Below are positions 10,457 through 20,285 of a DNA stretch of 64,000 nt, one piece after another. Each line of letters opens with the position of its first letter. Positions within the stretch are counted from its first letter, which is position 1. A program made the translations under genes and the position numbers. The notes under the pieces are model-generated. The model saw only the letters and a program-made list of their open reading frames with translations, was not told the origin of the DNA and ran no database searches. The stretch is from an uncultured Prevotella sp. (lineage in GTDB: Bacteria; Bacteroidota; Bacteroidia; Bacteroidales; Bacteroidaceae): the NCBI GenBank assembly GCA_905234145.1, contig CAJOGK010000035.1, positions 16,909 to 80,908 of the forward strand. The letters are read 5' to 3'.

Positions 10457-10491
10457 AATTATCAATTATCAATTATCAATTGTCAATTATA
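10457..10491. repeat. Five heptamers forming the whole araA-araB intergenic gap
   Basis: AATTATC x3, AATTGTC, AATTATA; exactly 35 bp. Confidence 0.9.
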
Positions 10492-12030
10492 TCATCGGAG
10501 TGCTTTGTTCAGCATGTAATAAACCTCGTTGTTGCGGAGCGTCTGCTGGAAGTCAGCGATATTGGTTTGCTTGTTGATGCGGACATACTCGATGCCAGTC
10601 ATCTCAGCAAAGTCCTCCCAGTACTCTTCGTTGATGTCGTAAGAGAAGGCACTGTGGTGCGTACCACCTGCGAGAATCCATGCTGCAGCACCAATCTCGA
10701 ATGAAGGCTGGGGAACCCACAGAGCAGAGGCTACAGGGAGCTTAGGCATTGGCTGTGGCTCGATGCACTCAACCTCCTGAGAGATGAGACGGAAACGGTT
10801 GCCAAGATCAACAACAGTTGCCTTGATACCGGCACCAGTCTTAGAGGTGAATACCAAGCGGGCAGTCTGCTGCTTACGGATACCGATACCAAGGAAGTGA
10901 ACCTCGAGCTTTGGCTTATCAGTAGCAATCAGCGGACAAACCTCGAGCATGTGGCTCTGCAGGCAAGAACTCTTGTCGCCAGCGAAGTTGAGAGTGTAGT
11001 CCTCAAGGAATGAGCAACCAATAGGCATGCCCTGCTGGATAACCCAAAGGGTACGATAGAGACAAGCTGTCTTCCAGTCGCCCTCGGCACCGAAACCATA
11101 ACCCTCCTGCATCAGGCGTTGTGAAGCCAGACCAGGAATCTGATCGAATCCGCAGAAGTTAGGATCGTCGATATTAGCATCGCCCAGGTCGTCGAAGTTA
11201 GTGGTGAAAGCAGTTGCGCCCTCATCCTTCAGCACGCGACGAAGCGCAATCTCTGCTTTAGCAGCATTCTTTACCTTCTCCCAGTAAACCTGCTCGCCAC
11301 TCTCGTCGATCTTTATGGTGTAGAGCTTCTTGTACTCCTCAACGAGCTCATCAGCTTCCTTATCGGTAACTTTCTTGAAGTATTCCATCAGTGAGCTTAC
11401 GGGATAGTAGTCTACATGATAGCCCAGACGCTGCTCGAATTCAACACGGTCGCCATCGGTAACGGCTACGTTGTTCATGTTCATACCGAACATCAAGCAA
11501 CGAACGTTATGAGCATCAGCTACACCTGCAGCTACACGAGCCCAAACAGCAATCTGCTTCTGAGCCTTCTCGTCCTTCCAATAACCGCAAACCACCTTGC
11601 GAGCGACACGCATACGTGTGCAGATATGTCCGAACTCAATGTCGCCGTGAGCACTCTGGTTCAGGTTCATGAAGTCCATGTCGATATCGCCCCAGGGGAT
11701 TTCGGCATTGTACTGTGTATGGAAATGGCAAAGGGGCTTCTGCAGCTGCTGCAGACCCTTGATCCACATCTTAGCGGGAGAGAATGTGTGCATCCAAGTA
11801 ATGATACCTACGCACTTCTCGTCATTATTGGCAGCAAGCATCACCTGCTCAACTTCCTTAGAACTGTTGGCTGTACCTTTATATACAATCTTAACGGGGA
11901 TATTGCCGCTCTTGTTCAGACCGTCAACCATTTCCTTAGAGTGTCCATCAACTGCAACTACAGCATCGCCTCCGTAAAGAAGCTGTGCACCAGTTACCCA
12001 CCAAATCTCAAAGTTATCAAATGCTTTCAT
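10492..12030 (-). CDS. araA: L-arabinose isomerase
   Basis: WMHTFSPAKMW, MNLNQSAHGD, GFGAEGDWK, SHMLEVCP, GGTHH. Confidence 0.97.
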   Translation of the reverse strand: MKAFDNFEIWWVTGAQLLYGGDAVVAVDGHSKEMVDGLNKSGNIPVKIVYKGTANSSKEVEQVMLAANNDEKCVGIITWMHTFSPAKMWIKGLQQLQKPLCHFHTQYNAEIPWGDIDMDFMNLNQSAHGDIEFGHICTRMRVARKVVCGYWKDEKAQKQIAVWARVAAGVADAHNVRCLMFGMNMNNVAVTDGDRVEFEQRLGYHVDYYPVSSLMEYFKKVTDKEADELVEEYKKLYTIKIDESGEQVYWEKVKNAAKAEIALRRVLKDEGATAFTTNFDDLGDANIDDPNFCGFDQIPGLASQRLMQEGYGFGAEGDWKTACLYRTLWVIQQGMPIGCSFLEDYTLNFAGDKSSCLQSHMLEVCPLIATDKPKLEVHFLGIGIRKQQTARLVFTSKTGAGIKATVVDLGNRFRLISQEVECIEPQPMPKLPVASALWVPQPSFEIGAAAWILAGGTHHSAFSYDINEEYWEDFAEMTGIEYVRINKQTNIADFQQTLRNNEVYYMLNKALR

Positions 12031-12054
12031 TTTTTAATTGTTTTTAGTTATAAA

Positions 12055-12765
12055 TTAATGTTTCTGTCCTTTTTGTCCATAATATGCATTGGGACCATGC
12101 TTGCGCATATAATGCTTCTCAACGAGCAATGGGTTCATCGTGAGGTTAGGATTAACCGAGAAGGCTACAAATGCCATCTTAGCGCACTGCTCCATCACCT
12201 TAGCATTATAAACGGCATTATCGGGAGAGGTTCCCCATGAGAATGGTCCGTGGTTCTTAACCAATACCGCAGGTGTGTGATCAGGATTGATCTTGCGGAT
12301 ATTCAGAATTTCGTCAACAATCACATTACCTGTTTCCAACTCGTAGTTGCCCTTTACCTCAGCCTCGGTCATATCGCGAGTGCAAGGGATATCCTTGTAG
12401 AAGTAGTCGGCATGTGTGGTACCGATGTTGGGGATATCGCGACCTGCCTGAGCAAAGGCTGTGGCATAAGTAGAGTGGGTGTGAACCACGCCCTGAATAT
12501 TGGGGAATGCCTTATATAATACAAGGTGGGTTGGGGTGTCGGAAGATGGATTCAACTCACCATCAATAACCTCACCTGTATTGAGATCGACAACTACCAT
12601 ATCAGAAGCCTTCATCACATCGTAATCTACGCCTGAAGGTTTGATGACAACCAATCCCTTTTCGCGATCGATACCTGACACATTTCCCCATGTGAAGATA
12701 ACGAGGTTCTGCTTAACAAGGTCGAGATTAGCTTTGAATACTTTTTCTTTTAATTCTTCTAGCAT
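12055..12765 (-). CDS. araD: L-ribulose-5-phosphate 4-epimerase
   Basis: [35 protein letters not shown]. Confidence 0.97.
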   Translation of the reverse strand: MLEELKEKVFKANLDLVKQNLVIFTWGNVSGIDREKGLVVIKPSGVDYDVMKASDMVVVDLNTGEVIDGELNPSSDTPTHLVLYKAFPNIQGVVHTHSTYATAFAQAGRDIPNIGTTHADYFYKDIPCTRDMTEAEVKGNYELETGNVIVDEILNIRKINPDHTPAVLVKNHGPFSWGTSPDNAVYNAKVMEQCAKMAFVAFSVNPNLTMNPLLVEKHYMRKHGPNAYYGQKGQKH

Positions 12766-12777
12766 AATTGTATAATT

Positions 12778-13455
12778 TTAAAGTTTGAAGTTAGGATCTT
12801 CATTATAAACTCGTTTGTTGAAACGATATAGGTATGCTCCTCGCTTAGAACCTGTTTTATCGATAAGTTCTGTTTTTTCGATAAAGTCCATCTCCTTGAT
12901 ACGTTTACGGAAATTACGTTTATCGAGCTCTTCACCATTTACAGCTTCGTAGAGTTTCTGAAGTTGTGTAAGTGTAAACAGGTTTGGCAACAGACGGAAG
13001 CCTACAGGCTCATGAGCCAATTTCTGCTGCATCATCTTACGTGCTTTGCGAACCATTTCATTATGATCGGAATAAAGTTTGGGCACTTTTTCAACATCTA
13101 TCCACTCTAAACCATGCTCCATACGGAGTGTTTCATCATAATCGGCCACATTTATCAACGCATAATAGGCGATAGAAACCACACGCTCGCCTGGATCGCG
13201 ATCTACCTTACCAAAGGCACCTATTTGTCGCATATAGACATTCCTCAATCCTGTCAGCTCATACAAGGTTCTTGCAGCAGCATCGTCTACACCCTCGTCT
13301 GCGGCTACGAAGCCTCCGTAGAGGCTCCATTCGCCACGACCTGGATCCATCTTCCGCTTGCCAATCAGTATCTTTAGCCTGCCATTCTCGAAACCGAAAA
13401 TGATACAGTCTACTGACAGCCAGACTTTGGAGTGTTCACCATAAAATTTCGTCAT
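12778..13455 (-). CDS. araR: Nudix-fold/wHTH repressor of the NrtR family (Bacteroidales AraR)
   Basis: VDCIIFG, degenerate Nudix box, DRDPGERV, FTLTQLQ..YE, DKRNFRK; lies inside the ara operon. Confidence 0.88.
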   Translation of the reverse strand: MTKFYGEHSKVWLSVDCIIFGFENGRLKILIGKRKMDPGRGEWSLYGGFVAADEGVDDAAARTLYELTGLRNVYMRQIGAFGKVDRDPGERVVSIAYYALINVADYDETLRMEHGLEWIDVEKVPKLYSDHNEMVRKARKMMQQKLAHEPVGFRLLPNLFTLTQLQKLYEAVNGEELDKRNFRKRIKEMDFIEKTELIDKTGSKRGAYLYRFNKRVYNEDPNFKL

Positions 13456-13467
13456 CTTTTTATATGT

Positions 13468-15204
13468 TTACCAGAAGTATGCGTAGAAGCAGCTTACAAG
13501 GCCAACAACTACTAATGTGCCAACGATATCCCATAAGCCCCAGCTTTCACGAATGCTCTTCTTGAACTCGGGAGTAAAGGTGATAGCATCCACCTGTTCC
13601 TTTGAGGGGGCAGGTGTAAAGCAGCTGACAACTATCATCAAGATGATAATAACTACAAGCAGCCAGCACTCGAAGATGAGCCAGTTAGTCTGCCAGAACC
13701 ATGAGGTGGCATCCCAGAAAGCACCATCCATGGCGGCCTTTCCTGAGTCGGTAATTACATTGGTAATCAGACGGACCATACCAATCAGGAAACCGCCAAT
13801 CAGACCCCATTCACCAGCCTTAGGCGTGATCTTCTTAGAGAAGATACCCAGTGTGAACACTGCTACCATCGCAAGCGACTGGATATCTTGCAAGTAGCTA
13901 TAGAGGTTGCCCATGTTCATCATGATAGGCATCCATGCCAGACCTAAAAGCACAACAACAACTGTTGCCATACGACCTACGAATACATAGTGGGCCTCGC
14001 TCATGCCTTTCTTCATAGGTTTGTAGAAGTCCTCTGTAAAGAGGGTAGCACAACTATTGAAGAAAGCAGCCAACGAAGCAACAAGCGCACATACAAATCC
14101 GATGGTTACAATACCCTTGACACCAGCAGGCAGAATGTTCTTCACCATCATAGCAAAAGCACCGTCGGTTGACTCATGGTTCGTGATATCCATCTCGATA
14201 CCGCTACCTGTTTTCAGAGAGAGCGCGTAGGCAATCATACCGGGAATGAGGAACATGAAGCAGGGGAGAATCTTAAAGAAACCTGCAGCGATGGTACCAC
14301 GACGAGCGCGAGCCATCACAACCTTATTGTCCTCACCTGGTACCTGACCGAGTACACGCTGAACGATATGCTGGTCGGTACACCAGTACCAGAAACCGAT
14401 AATAGAGGCACCGAGGAACACTACATAACCAGGGAACTGCGGATACATCGGGTCGCCCGGATCAGTGTGGAACATGTGTGTTGTTCCAAATCCTTCGTGA
14501 GCGGCGTTACAAGCAGCCATCATGTTACTCCAACCCTGAGTGATGCTGCCATCGCCAAGAGCGGAGAGACCAAGGAAGAGTACAAGGAACGAGCCTATAA
14601 TAAGAATAGGTGTCTGGATCGACGACAATGTCATCACACCCTTCATACCTCCAAATACGGTGAATATTGCCGTGATGGCAATCAGTCCGATGGCTCCATA
14701 CCAGAAAGGAATGCCAAGGAGATACTTGAAGAAAATACCACCAGTAAAAGCTGTAACAGATACCTTTGTGAGCACGTAGGCAACAAGGGTAATAATAGAT
14801 AGCCATGAACCTGTGCGCTGAGTGTAGCGGAACTTCAGGAAGTCGGGCATGGTGATAATCTTACCCATCTTATTGATGAGCAGCTGATAGAAAGGTACAA
14901 AGAGCCATCCGAGAATCAGGATCATCCATCCCTGCATCTCCCAGTGGGCCATACCTACACCATCCTTAGCACCCGTACCGGCCAGACCTACGAGGTGCTC
15001 CGATCCGATGTTGGCGGCAAAGATTGCCATACCGATTACATACCAAGGCTCACCTTTACCAAAGAGGTACGCAGATGAGTCTTCGCCCTGCTGAGCTTTC
15101 TTGTCTTTCCAAATGGCATACCAGACAGCTGCCACTACACCTACCAGACCGATTGCAAGAATCACCCAATCGAGCCAGATAAATTCATTTGAATTCCAAT
15201 TCAT
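13468..15204 (-). CDS. araP: Sodium:solute symporter, probable L-arabinose transporter
   Basis: AANIGSEHLVGLAG, WYWCTDQHIVQR (SSS family). Confidence 0.88.
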   Translation of the reverse strand: MNWNSNEFIWLDWVILAIGLVGVVAAVWYAIWKDKKAQQGEDSSAYLFGKGEPWYVIGMAIFAANIGSEHLVGLAGTGAKDGVGMAHWEMQGWMILILGWLFVPFYQLLINKMGKIITMPDFLKFRYTQRTGSWLSIITLVAYVLTKVSVTAFTGGIFFKYLLGIPFWYGAIGLIAITAIFTVFGGMKGVMTLSSIQTPILIIGSFLVLFLGLSALGDGSITQGWSNMMAACNAAHEGFGTTHMFHTDPGDPMYPQFPGYVVFLGASIIGFWYWCTDQHIVQRVLGQVPGEDNKVVMARARRGTIAAGFFKILPCFMFLIPGMIAYALSLKTGSGIEMDITNHESTDGAFAMMVKNILPAGVKGIVTIGFVCALVASLAAFFNSCATLFTEDFYKPMKKGMSEAHYVFVGRMATVVVVLLGLAWMPIMMNMGNLYSYLQDIQSLAMVAVFTLGIFSKKITPKAGEWGLIGGFLIGMVRLITNVITDSGKAAMDGAFWDATSWFWQTNWLIFECWLLVVIIILMIVVSCFTPAPSKEQVDAITFTPEFKKSIRESWGLWDIVGTLVVVGLVSCFYAYFW

Positions 15205-15226
15205 TGTTTAGTTGTTTTATTAGTAA

Positions 15227-16411
15227 TTATTTGATTGAAAATTTATAGGCTGCATGACTGTAGTATTTCTCGCCAGGGTTCAGCGTGGGCTGTACCCAAT
15301 CCGGATGGTTGGGAGAATCCGGATATTTCTGACTCTCCAGACAAACGCTGACGTGCTTGGGGTAGGTGATACCATGCTTGCGGGCAATATCCTTGTCAGG
15401 ACCTATGCCCTGGAAGTTACCACTATATACCTGTACACCTGGCTCGTTGGTAAACATCTCCATCAAGATACCTGTCTTGGGAGAGTAGAGACTTGCACAT
15501 ACCTGAGTATCGTCGCCCTTGCCATCCTTGAATGTATTCAGGCAGAAATTATGGTCGTAACCAGTGGCATTCTGAATCTGGTCGAATTCTGACTGGATGC
15601 TGTCGCCAATAGCGTGTGGGGTACGGAAATCCATTGGAGTCCCCTCTACAGACTTGATTTCACCTGTAGGAATATACAATTTGTCGCTTGGGGTAAAGTT
15701 GTCAGCATTTACATAGAGTACCTGATCATAACCAGGCTGTGTAAAGTCGCCGCTCAAATTGTAATAATTGTGGTTGGTCTGATTAATGATAGTAGGCTTA
15801 TCTGTTTCAGCTTCCCAAGTCATATCAAGGATGTTGTCAGCTGTAACCTTATAAGTAGTAACTGCCATCACCTTGCCAGGGAAACCATTTTCACCGTTAG
15901 CAGCAACAATCGTCAGTCGAAGGATTGAATCGCCTATCTGCTCTGCATCGTATACCTGATGCATCCATCCAGTGTTTCCACCACCATGCAGACAGTTAGG
16001 ACCATCGTTCTTCTTCAGCTGAATAGTATCTGCTCCGAGAACGAATTGACCGTTCTTAATGCGGTTTGCATAACGACCTACGCTTGAACCGTAATCAGAA
16101 GGTGTGTTAATGGTATCAGCATACTGGGCGATGTTATCAAAGCCTAATACAACATCCACCAGTTTACCTTCTTTGTCGGGAACACAGAGAGAAACAATAC
16201 GACCACCATAATTGGTAATGCATACTTCCATTCCATTCTGGTTTTTTAAAGTGTAGAGCTTTACGGGCTTAGATTGAATGGTAGTGTCGAACTTGGCTGC
16301 ATCTAAACCAGAAGCCGTTAGCTGTGGAGCCTGCTTTTTTTCAGAACAGGCTGAGAGCATCAGTGCTGATGCACCAACGCACATCAAAAATCCTTTTAAT
16401 GTTTTCATCAT
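15227..16411 (-). CDS. araM: Aldose 1-epimerase (mutarotase), lipoprotein
   Basis: GRYANRI, LHGG, NQTNHNYYNL, GYDHNF, CLESQ; LSAC lipobox. Confidence 0.9.
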   Translation of the reverse strand: MMKTLKGFLMCVGASALMLSACSEKKQAPQLTASGLDAAKFDTTIQSKPVKLYTLKNQNGMEVCITNYGGRIVSLCVPDKEGKLVDVVLGFDNIAQYADTINTPSDYGSSVGRYANRIKNGQFVLGADTIQLKKNDGPNCLHGGGNTGWMHQVYDAEQIGDSILRLTIVAANGENGFPGKVMAVTTYKVTADNILDMTWEAETDKPTIINQTNHNYYNLSGDFTQPGYDQVLYVNADNFTPSDKLYIPTGEIKSVEGTPMDFRTPHAIGDSIQSEFDQIQNATGYDHNFCLNTFKDGKGDDTQVCASLYSPKTGILMEMFTNEPGVQVYSGNFQGIGPDKDIARKHGITYPKHVSVCLESQKYPDSPNHPDWVQPTLNPGEKYYSHAAYKFSIK

Positions 16412-16513
16412 TAATTGTTTTGAGTTTGTTAGAATCTTAATAAATTGTATTTTGGGTGTAAAATTACAATTATTTTTTGAAATAACAAACAAAATAGAGA
16501 AAAAAATAGCGGT

Positions 16514-16534
16514 AAAGTGTTTTATTTACACCTC
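16514..16534. promoter_or_regulatory. Putative AraR operator
   Basis: AAAGTGT-TTTATTT-ACACCTC, i.e. GTGT-N7-ACAC (NrtR-family GT-N7-AC core), upstream of the ara operon; a half-site TGGGTGTAAAA at 16453-16463 overlaps the -7 box. Confidence 0.7.
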
Positions 16535-16589
16535 ACCGCTCTTATTTAACTTTTATAAACACAAAAAGCGTGTTTATAGCAAGTCATAA

Positions 16590-17756
16590 TTAGCAAATCT
16601 TGCGTGAACCGTCGCCTATGACAACATCGTAAACTTTTGGCTCATGACCATATTTTGCATTGAACTTCTGCTTAGCATCTCCTACAAACTTCTTGTAGAG
16701 ATCATTTCTAACCAGATTGATGGTGCAGCCACCAAAACCGCCACCCATAATACGGCTACCAGTAACACCATTCTCCTTTGCAATATCGTTCAGATAGTCA
16801 AGTTCCTCGCATGATACTTCGTAATCCTTTGATAAACCTTCATGTGTCTGATACATCAATTCGCCAACCTTTTCGTAATCGCCTTCATTCAGAGCGTCGC
16901 ATACTGCTAGCACACGATCTTTCTCACCCAGAACAAACTTTGCACGCTTGTAATCTTCCTCGCCAACTTCTGCACGAACTTCGTCGAGTTGCTCCCATGT
17001 GCAATCGCGAAGGGTTTCGAATTTGCCCTCTGGATGCTTAGCTGCGATATGCTTCACAACATTCTCACATGAGTTACGACGATCATTATAAGGTGATCCT
17101 GCAAGCTGGTGCTTTACAACAGAGTCGAGAAGTACCAAGCGATAGCCGTCTGGTTTGAATGGGAAATACTCAAACTCACGGCTACGGCAATCAAGACGCA
17201 TCAGGCATCCTGCCTTACCAAAGACAGAAGCAAACTGGTCCATAATACCGCAATTAACACCGCAGTAGTTATGCTCTGTAGCCTGTCCTGCCAGAACCAT
17301 ATCCCACTGAGATACTTTGTTCTCGCCAAAGATATCATTCAAACCGCAAGCAAAGCAACTCTCCATAGCAGCAGAAGAAGACATACCAGCACCCAGGGGA
17401 ACATCGCCTGCAAATGCGATATTAAACCCTTTAACAGGTACGCCCAACTTCTTCATCTCCAGAGAGATACCATAGATGTAACGAGCCCAGCTAGCACGAG
17501 GACCTGCAGGATCGCTCAACTTGAAATCAACACGATCCTTCAAGTCGATAGCATAAGCCATTACAGTATCTTCTGTACCATTGGCACGCATTTCTGCCAT
17601 AACGCCTTTATCTACTGCACCAGGGAATACGAACCCACCATTATAATCGGTGTGCTCACCAATCAGATTGATACGGCCTGGAGAAGCATATACATTACCG
17701 GTTTTTCCATCAAAGTGCTTGATGAAGCGACTTCTTACAAATTCTACATCCATCAT
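16590..17756 (-). CDS. galK: Galactokinase
   Basis: PGRINLIGEHTDYNGG, PLGAGMSSSAA, CGIMDQ, RIMGGGFGG. Confidence 0.97.
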   Translation of the reverse strand: MMDVEFVRSRFIKHFDGKTGNVYASPGRINLIGEHTDYNGGFVFPGAVDKGVMAEMRANGTEDTVMAYAIDLKDRVDFKLSDPAGPRASWARYIYGISLEMKKLGVPVKGFNIAFAGDVPLGAGMSSSAAMESCFACGLNDIFGENKVSQWDMVLAGQATEHNYCGVNCGIMDQFASVFGKAGCLMRLDCRSREFEYFPFKPDGYRLVLLDSVVKHQLAGSPYNDRRNSCENVVKHIAAKHPEGKFETLRDCTWEQLDEVRAEVGEEDYKRAKFVLGEKDRVLAVCDALNEGDYEKVGELMYQTHEGLSKDYEVSCEELDYLNDIAKENGVTGSRIMGGGFGGCTINLVRNDLYKKFVGDAKQKFNAKYGHEPKVYDVVIGDGSRKIC

Positions 17757-17759
17757 AAT

Positions 17760-17796
17760 GATTTACGATTTACTAATTTACGATTTACTGATTTTA
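17760..17796. repeat. GTAAATC-family 7+8 bp array filling the galP-galK gap
   Basis: GATTTAC GATTTAC T AATTTAC GATTTAC T GATTTTA. Confidence 0.85.
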
Positions 17797-19062
17797 GTCA
17801 ACTTTAATATCGGTATTTACATTCTTGCTGCCGATGAGGGCATAGAACAGAATGTATGCCAGCATGCCGATGACGAGCCAGTAGCTGAAAATCTCACCAC
17901 CAGAATTAGCCATAGCCTCCTGAATAAGTGGCATGATACCACCACCCACAACCATTGTCATGAAGATACCTGAAGCTGCCTCAGTGTATTTACCCAGACC
18001 TTCAACAGAGAGGTTGAAGATACCTCCCCACATAACAGATGTGCAGAGACCACAGGCTGGAATCAGGAATGCCTTTGCAGGAACATCGTGTCCACTGAAT
18101 GAAATAGTTACGCTTTCGGGCATGAAGATGGCAATCAGAAGCAGGATGATAGCAACTGCACTCGCTGCTGACAACTGAGACTTGGTTGAAACCTTACCAG
18201 AGATAGCACTTGAGCAAGCACGGCCAATCATCATCAGGAGCCAATAGGCAGCTGCTAATGATCCACCGATAGCGGCAGCACCCTCAAAAGGCAACTTTGT
18301 TACATAGAAGTTCAGCTCCATGGGGATACCAATCTCGATACCTACGTAGAAGAAGATGGCAACTACGCCTAGCATACAATGACGGAAAGCCAGAGGACTG
18401 CGCTCGTACTTTGGCTCTACCTTGCCAAGAGTAGGCTCTGGGATAGTTACACGGCTGATAATCACAAATGAAACAGCAAATACAGCCATACCGATGAAGA
18501 GCAGAGGAGCCACATCACCCATGCTGGTGTCCTTTGTTACAGTACCAACCAAAATACCTGCCAGCAACGGTGTGAGTGTACCTGTCAACGAGTTAAGTGT
18601 ACCACCAATCTGAATCAGCTGGTTACCCTTGTTACCACCACCTCCGAGAAGGTTCAGCATTGGGTTTACAACGGTGTTCAGCATACATACGCAGAAACCG
18701 CAGATGAAAGCACCCAGCAGATAGATAATCAGGTTGAGGGCTACAGGAATACTGTCGTACGTGAATACATAAGAACCTGCACCAACGAGACTTGACAAAT
18801 ACTGGAATACCAGACCTACGATACCTACGATAAGCGCTATCAAAGCAGTCTTCTTGTATCCATATTTTGTCAACATCTTACCTGCAGGAATACCCATAAA
18901 CAGGTAAGCTGCAAAGTTCATCAGGTTACCCCAAGCTTTGGCAAAGGGATATTCAAAACCCCAAATAGGGGCGCCCATGTTGGTTACAAAGCTAATCATC
19001 GCGAAGATGAAGCACATTGTAATAATGGCAATCAGTTTGCCATTTTTATTTGTTTCAGTCAT
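17794..19062 (-). CDS. MFS glucose/galactose transporter (FucP/GluP family)
   Basis: LNTVVNPML, FFYVGIEIG, TSVMWGGIFNL, MVVGGG; lies between galM and galK. Confidence 0.88.
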   Translation of the reverse strand: MTETNKNGKLIAIITMCFIFAMISFVTNMGAPIWGFEYPFAKAWGNLMNFAAYLFMGIPAGKMLTKYGYKKTALIALIVGIVGLVFQYLSSLVGAGSYVFTYDSIPVALNLIIYLLGAFICGFCVCMLNTVVNPMLNLLGGGGNKGNQLIQIGGTLNSLTGTLTPLLAGILVGTVTKDTSMGDVAPLLFIGMAVFAVSFVIISRVTIPEPTLGKVEPKYERSPLAFRHCMLGVVAIFFYVGIEIGIPMELNFYVTKLPFEGAAAIGGSLAAAYWLLMMIGRACSSAISGKVSTKSQLSAASAVAIILLLIAIFMPESVTISFSGHDVPAKAFLIPACGLCTSVMWGGIFNLSVEGLGKYTEAASGIFMTMVVGGGIMPLIQEAMANSGGEIFSYWLVIGMLAYILFYALIGSKNVNTDIKVD

Positions 19063-19087
19063 ACGTTCGTTATATTATTTGCGTTAA

Positions 19088-20179
19088 TTACTCAACTACA
19101 CCAAAACGGTAGATAGTCTTCTGCTTATAGCGCTGACCTGGGTTCAGCACAACACTTGGGAAGTAAGGACGATTTGGTGTATCTGGGAAGTGCTGAGCCT
19201 CGAAGCAAACGGCTGAGCGACAGGGGAATGTACAACCATTAGCGCCCTTGTAGCCGTTCAGGAAGTTACCAGTGTAAAGCTGCATACCTGGCTCTGTTGT
19301 AAATACTTCCATTGTACGTCCGCTCTTTGGTTCAGTTACCTTAGCAGCAAAACTCAGTTCGCCTTCCTCGCGCTTGTTCAGCACATAGTTGTGATCAAAG
19401 CCATGACCAAACTTAATCTGCTCATGATCTGCATTAATGTCCTTTCCGAAAGGCTTTGGTGTACGGAAGTCGAACGGTGTGCCTTCTACCTTCAGAATCT
19501 CACCAGTTGGGATTGCGGTAGCATCTGTTGGCAGATAGAAATCGGCATTGATCTCACAAATCTGATCCTCGATAGTTGGCGTTGGATCTGCAGTACCAGC
19601 CAGACTAAAGAAAGCATGGTGAGTCAAGTTCACGATGGTCTTCTTGTTTGTGGTGGCCAAATACTCAATCACAAGTTCATTCAAGTCAGTAAATGTAAAC
19701 TCTACAGTTACATCAAGTTCGCCTGTAAAGCCCTCTTCTCCATAAGAAGAAATACGATGCAAAGCCAGCGAGCGTGGGCCCATCTGACGTGCGTCCCAAA
19801 CTTTGGCGTGGAAGCCAGTAGGACCACCGTGCAAGTGGTTAGGACCATCGTTAAGAGCCAGCTGATAATCTTTGCCATTCAGTGTAAACTGACCTTTGCA
19901 GATACGATTACCCCAACGGCCAATCAGCGTTGACAAGAATGGCTCGTTGCCGCTTGTAAGCTGCTCGATGCTGTCGTGTCCTTGAATGACGTTAGCTACT
20001 TTACCGTCTTTGTCAGGTACCATAATGGCACAAATAGCACCGCCATAATTAGAGATTGCTACTTCATAACCTTTACGGTTTCTGAGAATGTACAAATCGG
20101 TTTTCTTACCATTAATAGTGGTCTGGAAATTCTCCCTCTTCAGACCACACAGATTCACTGTTTCTGTTGTGTTTGCCAT
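19088..20179 (-). CDS. galM: Galactose mutarotase (cytoplasmic)
   Basis: GRWGNRI, HLHGG, NLTHH, FDHNY, FEAQHFPD. Confidence 0.93.
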   Translation of the reverse strand: MANTTETVNLCGLKRENFQTTINGKKTDLYILRNRKGYEVAISNYGGAICAIMVPDKDGKVANVIQGHDSIEQLTSGNEPFLSTLIGRWGNRICKGQFTLNGKDYQLALNDGPNHLHGGPTGFHAKVWDARQMGPRSLALHRISSYGEEGFTGELDVTVEFTFTDLNELVIEYLATTNKKTIVNLTHHAFFSLAGTADPTPTIEDQICEINADFYLPTDATAIPTGEILKVEGTPFDFRTPKPFGKDINADHEQIKFGHGFDHNYVLNKREEGELSFAAKVTEPKSGRTMEVFTTEPGMQLYTGNFLNGYKGANGCTFPCRSAVCFEAQHFPDTPNRPYFPSVVLNPGQRYKQKTIYRFGVVE

Positions 20180-20285
20180 ATTGCTTGTTTTTAGTTAAAA
20201 AATATATTTTTTGCAAAGTAACAAAAAATAAATCAAACTGCACAACAAAACAACGAAAAAAATGTTTCTTATGTATTAAAAAAGC

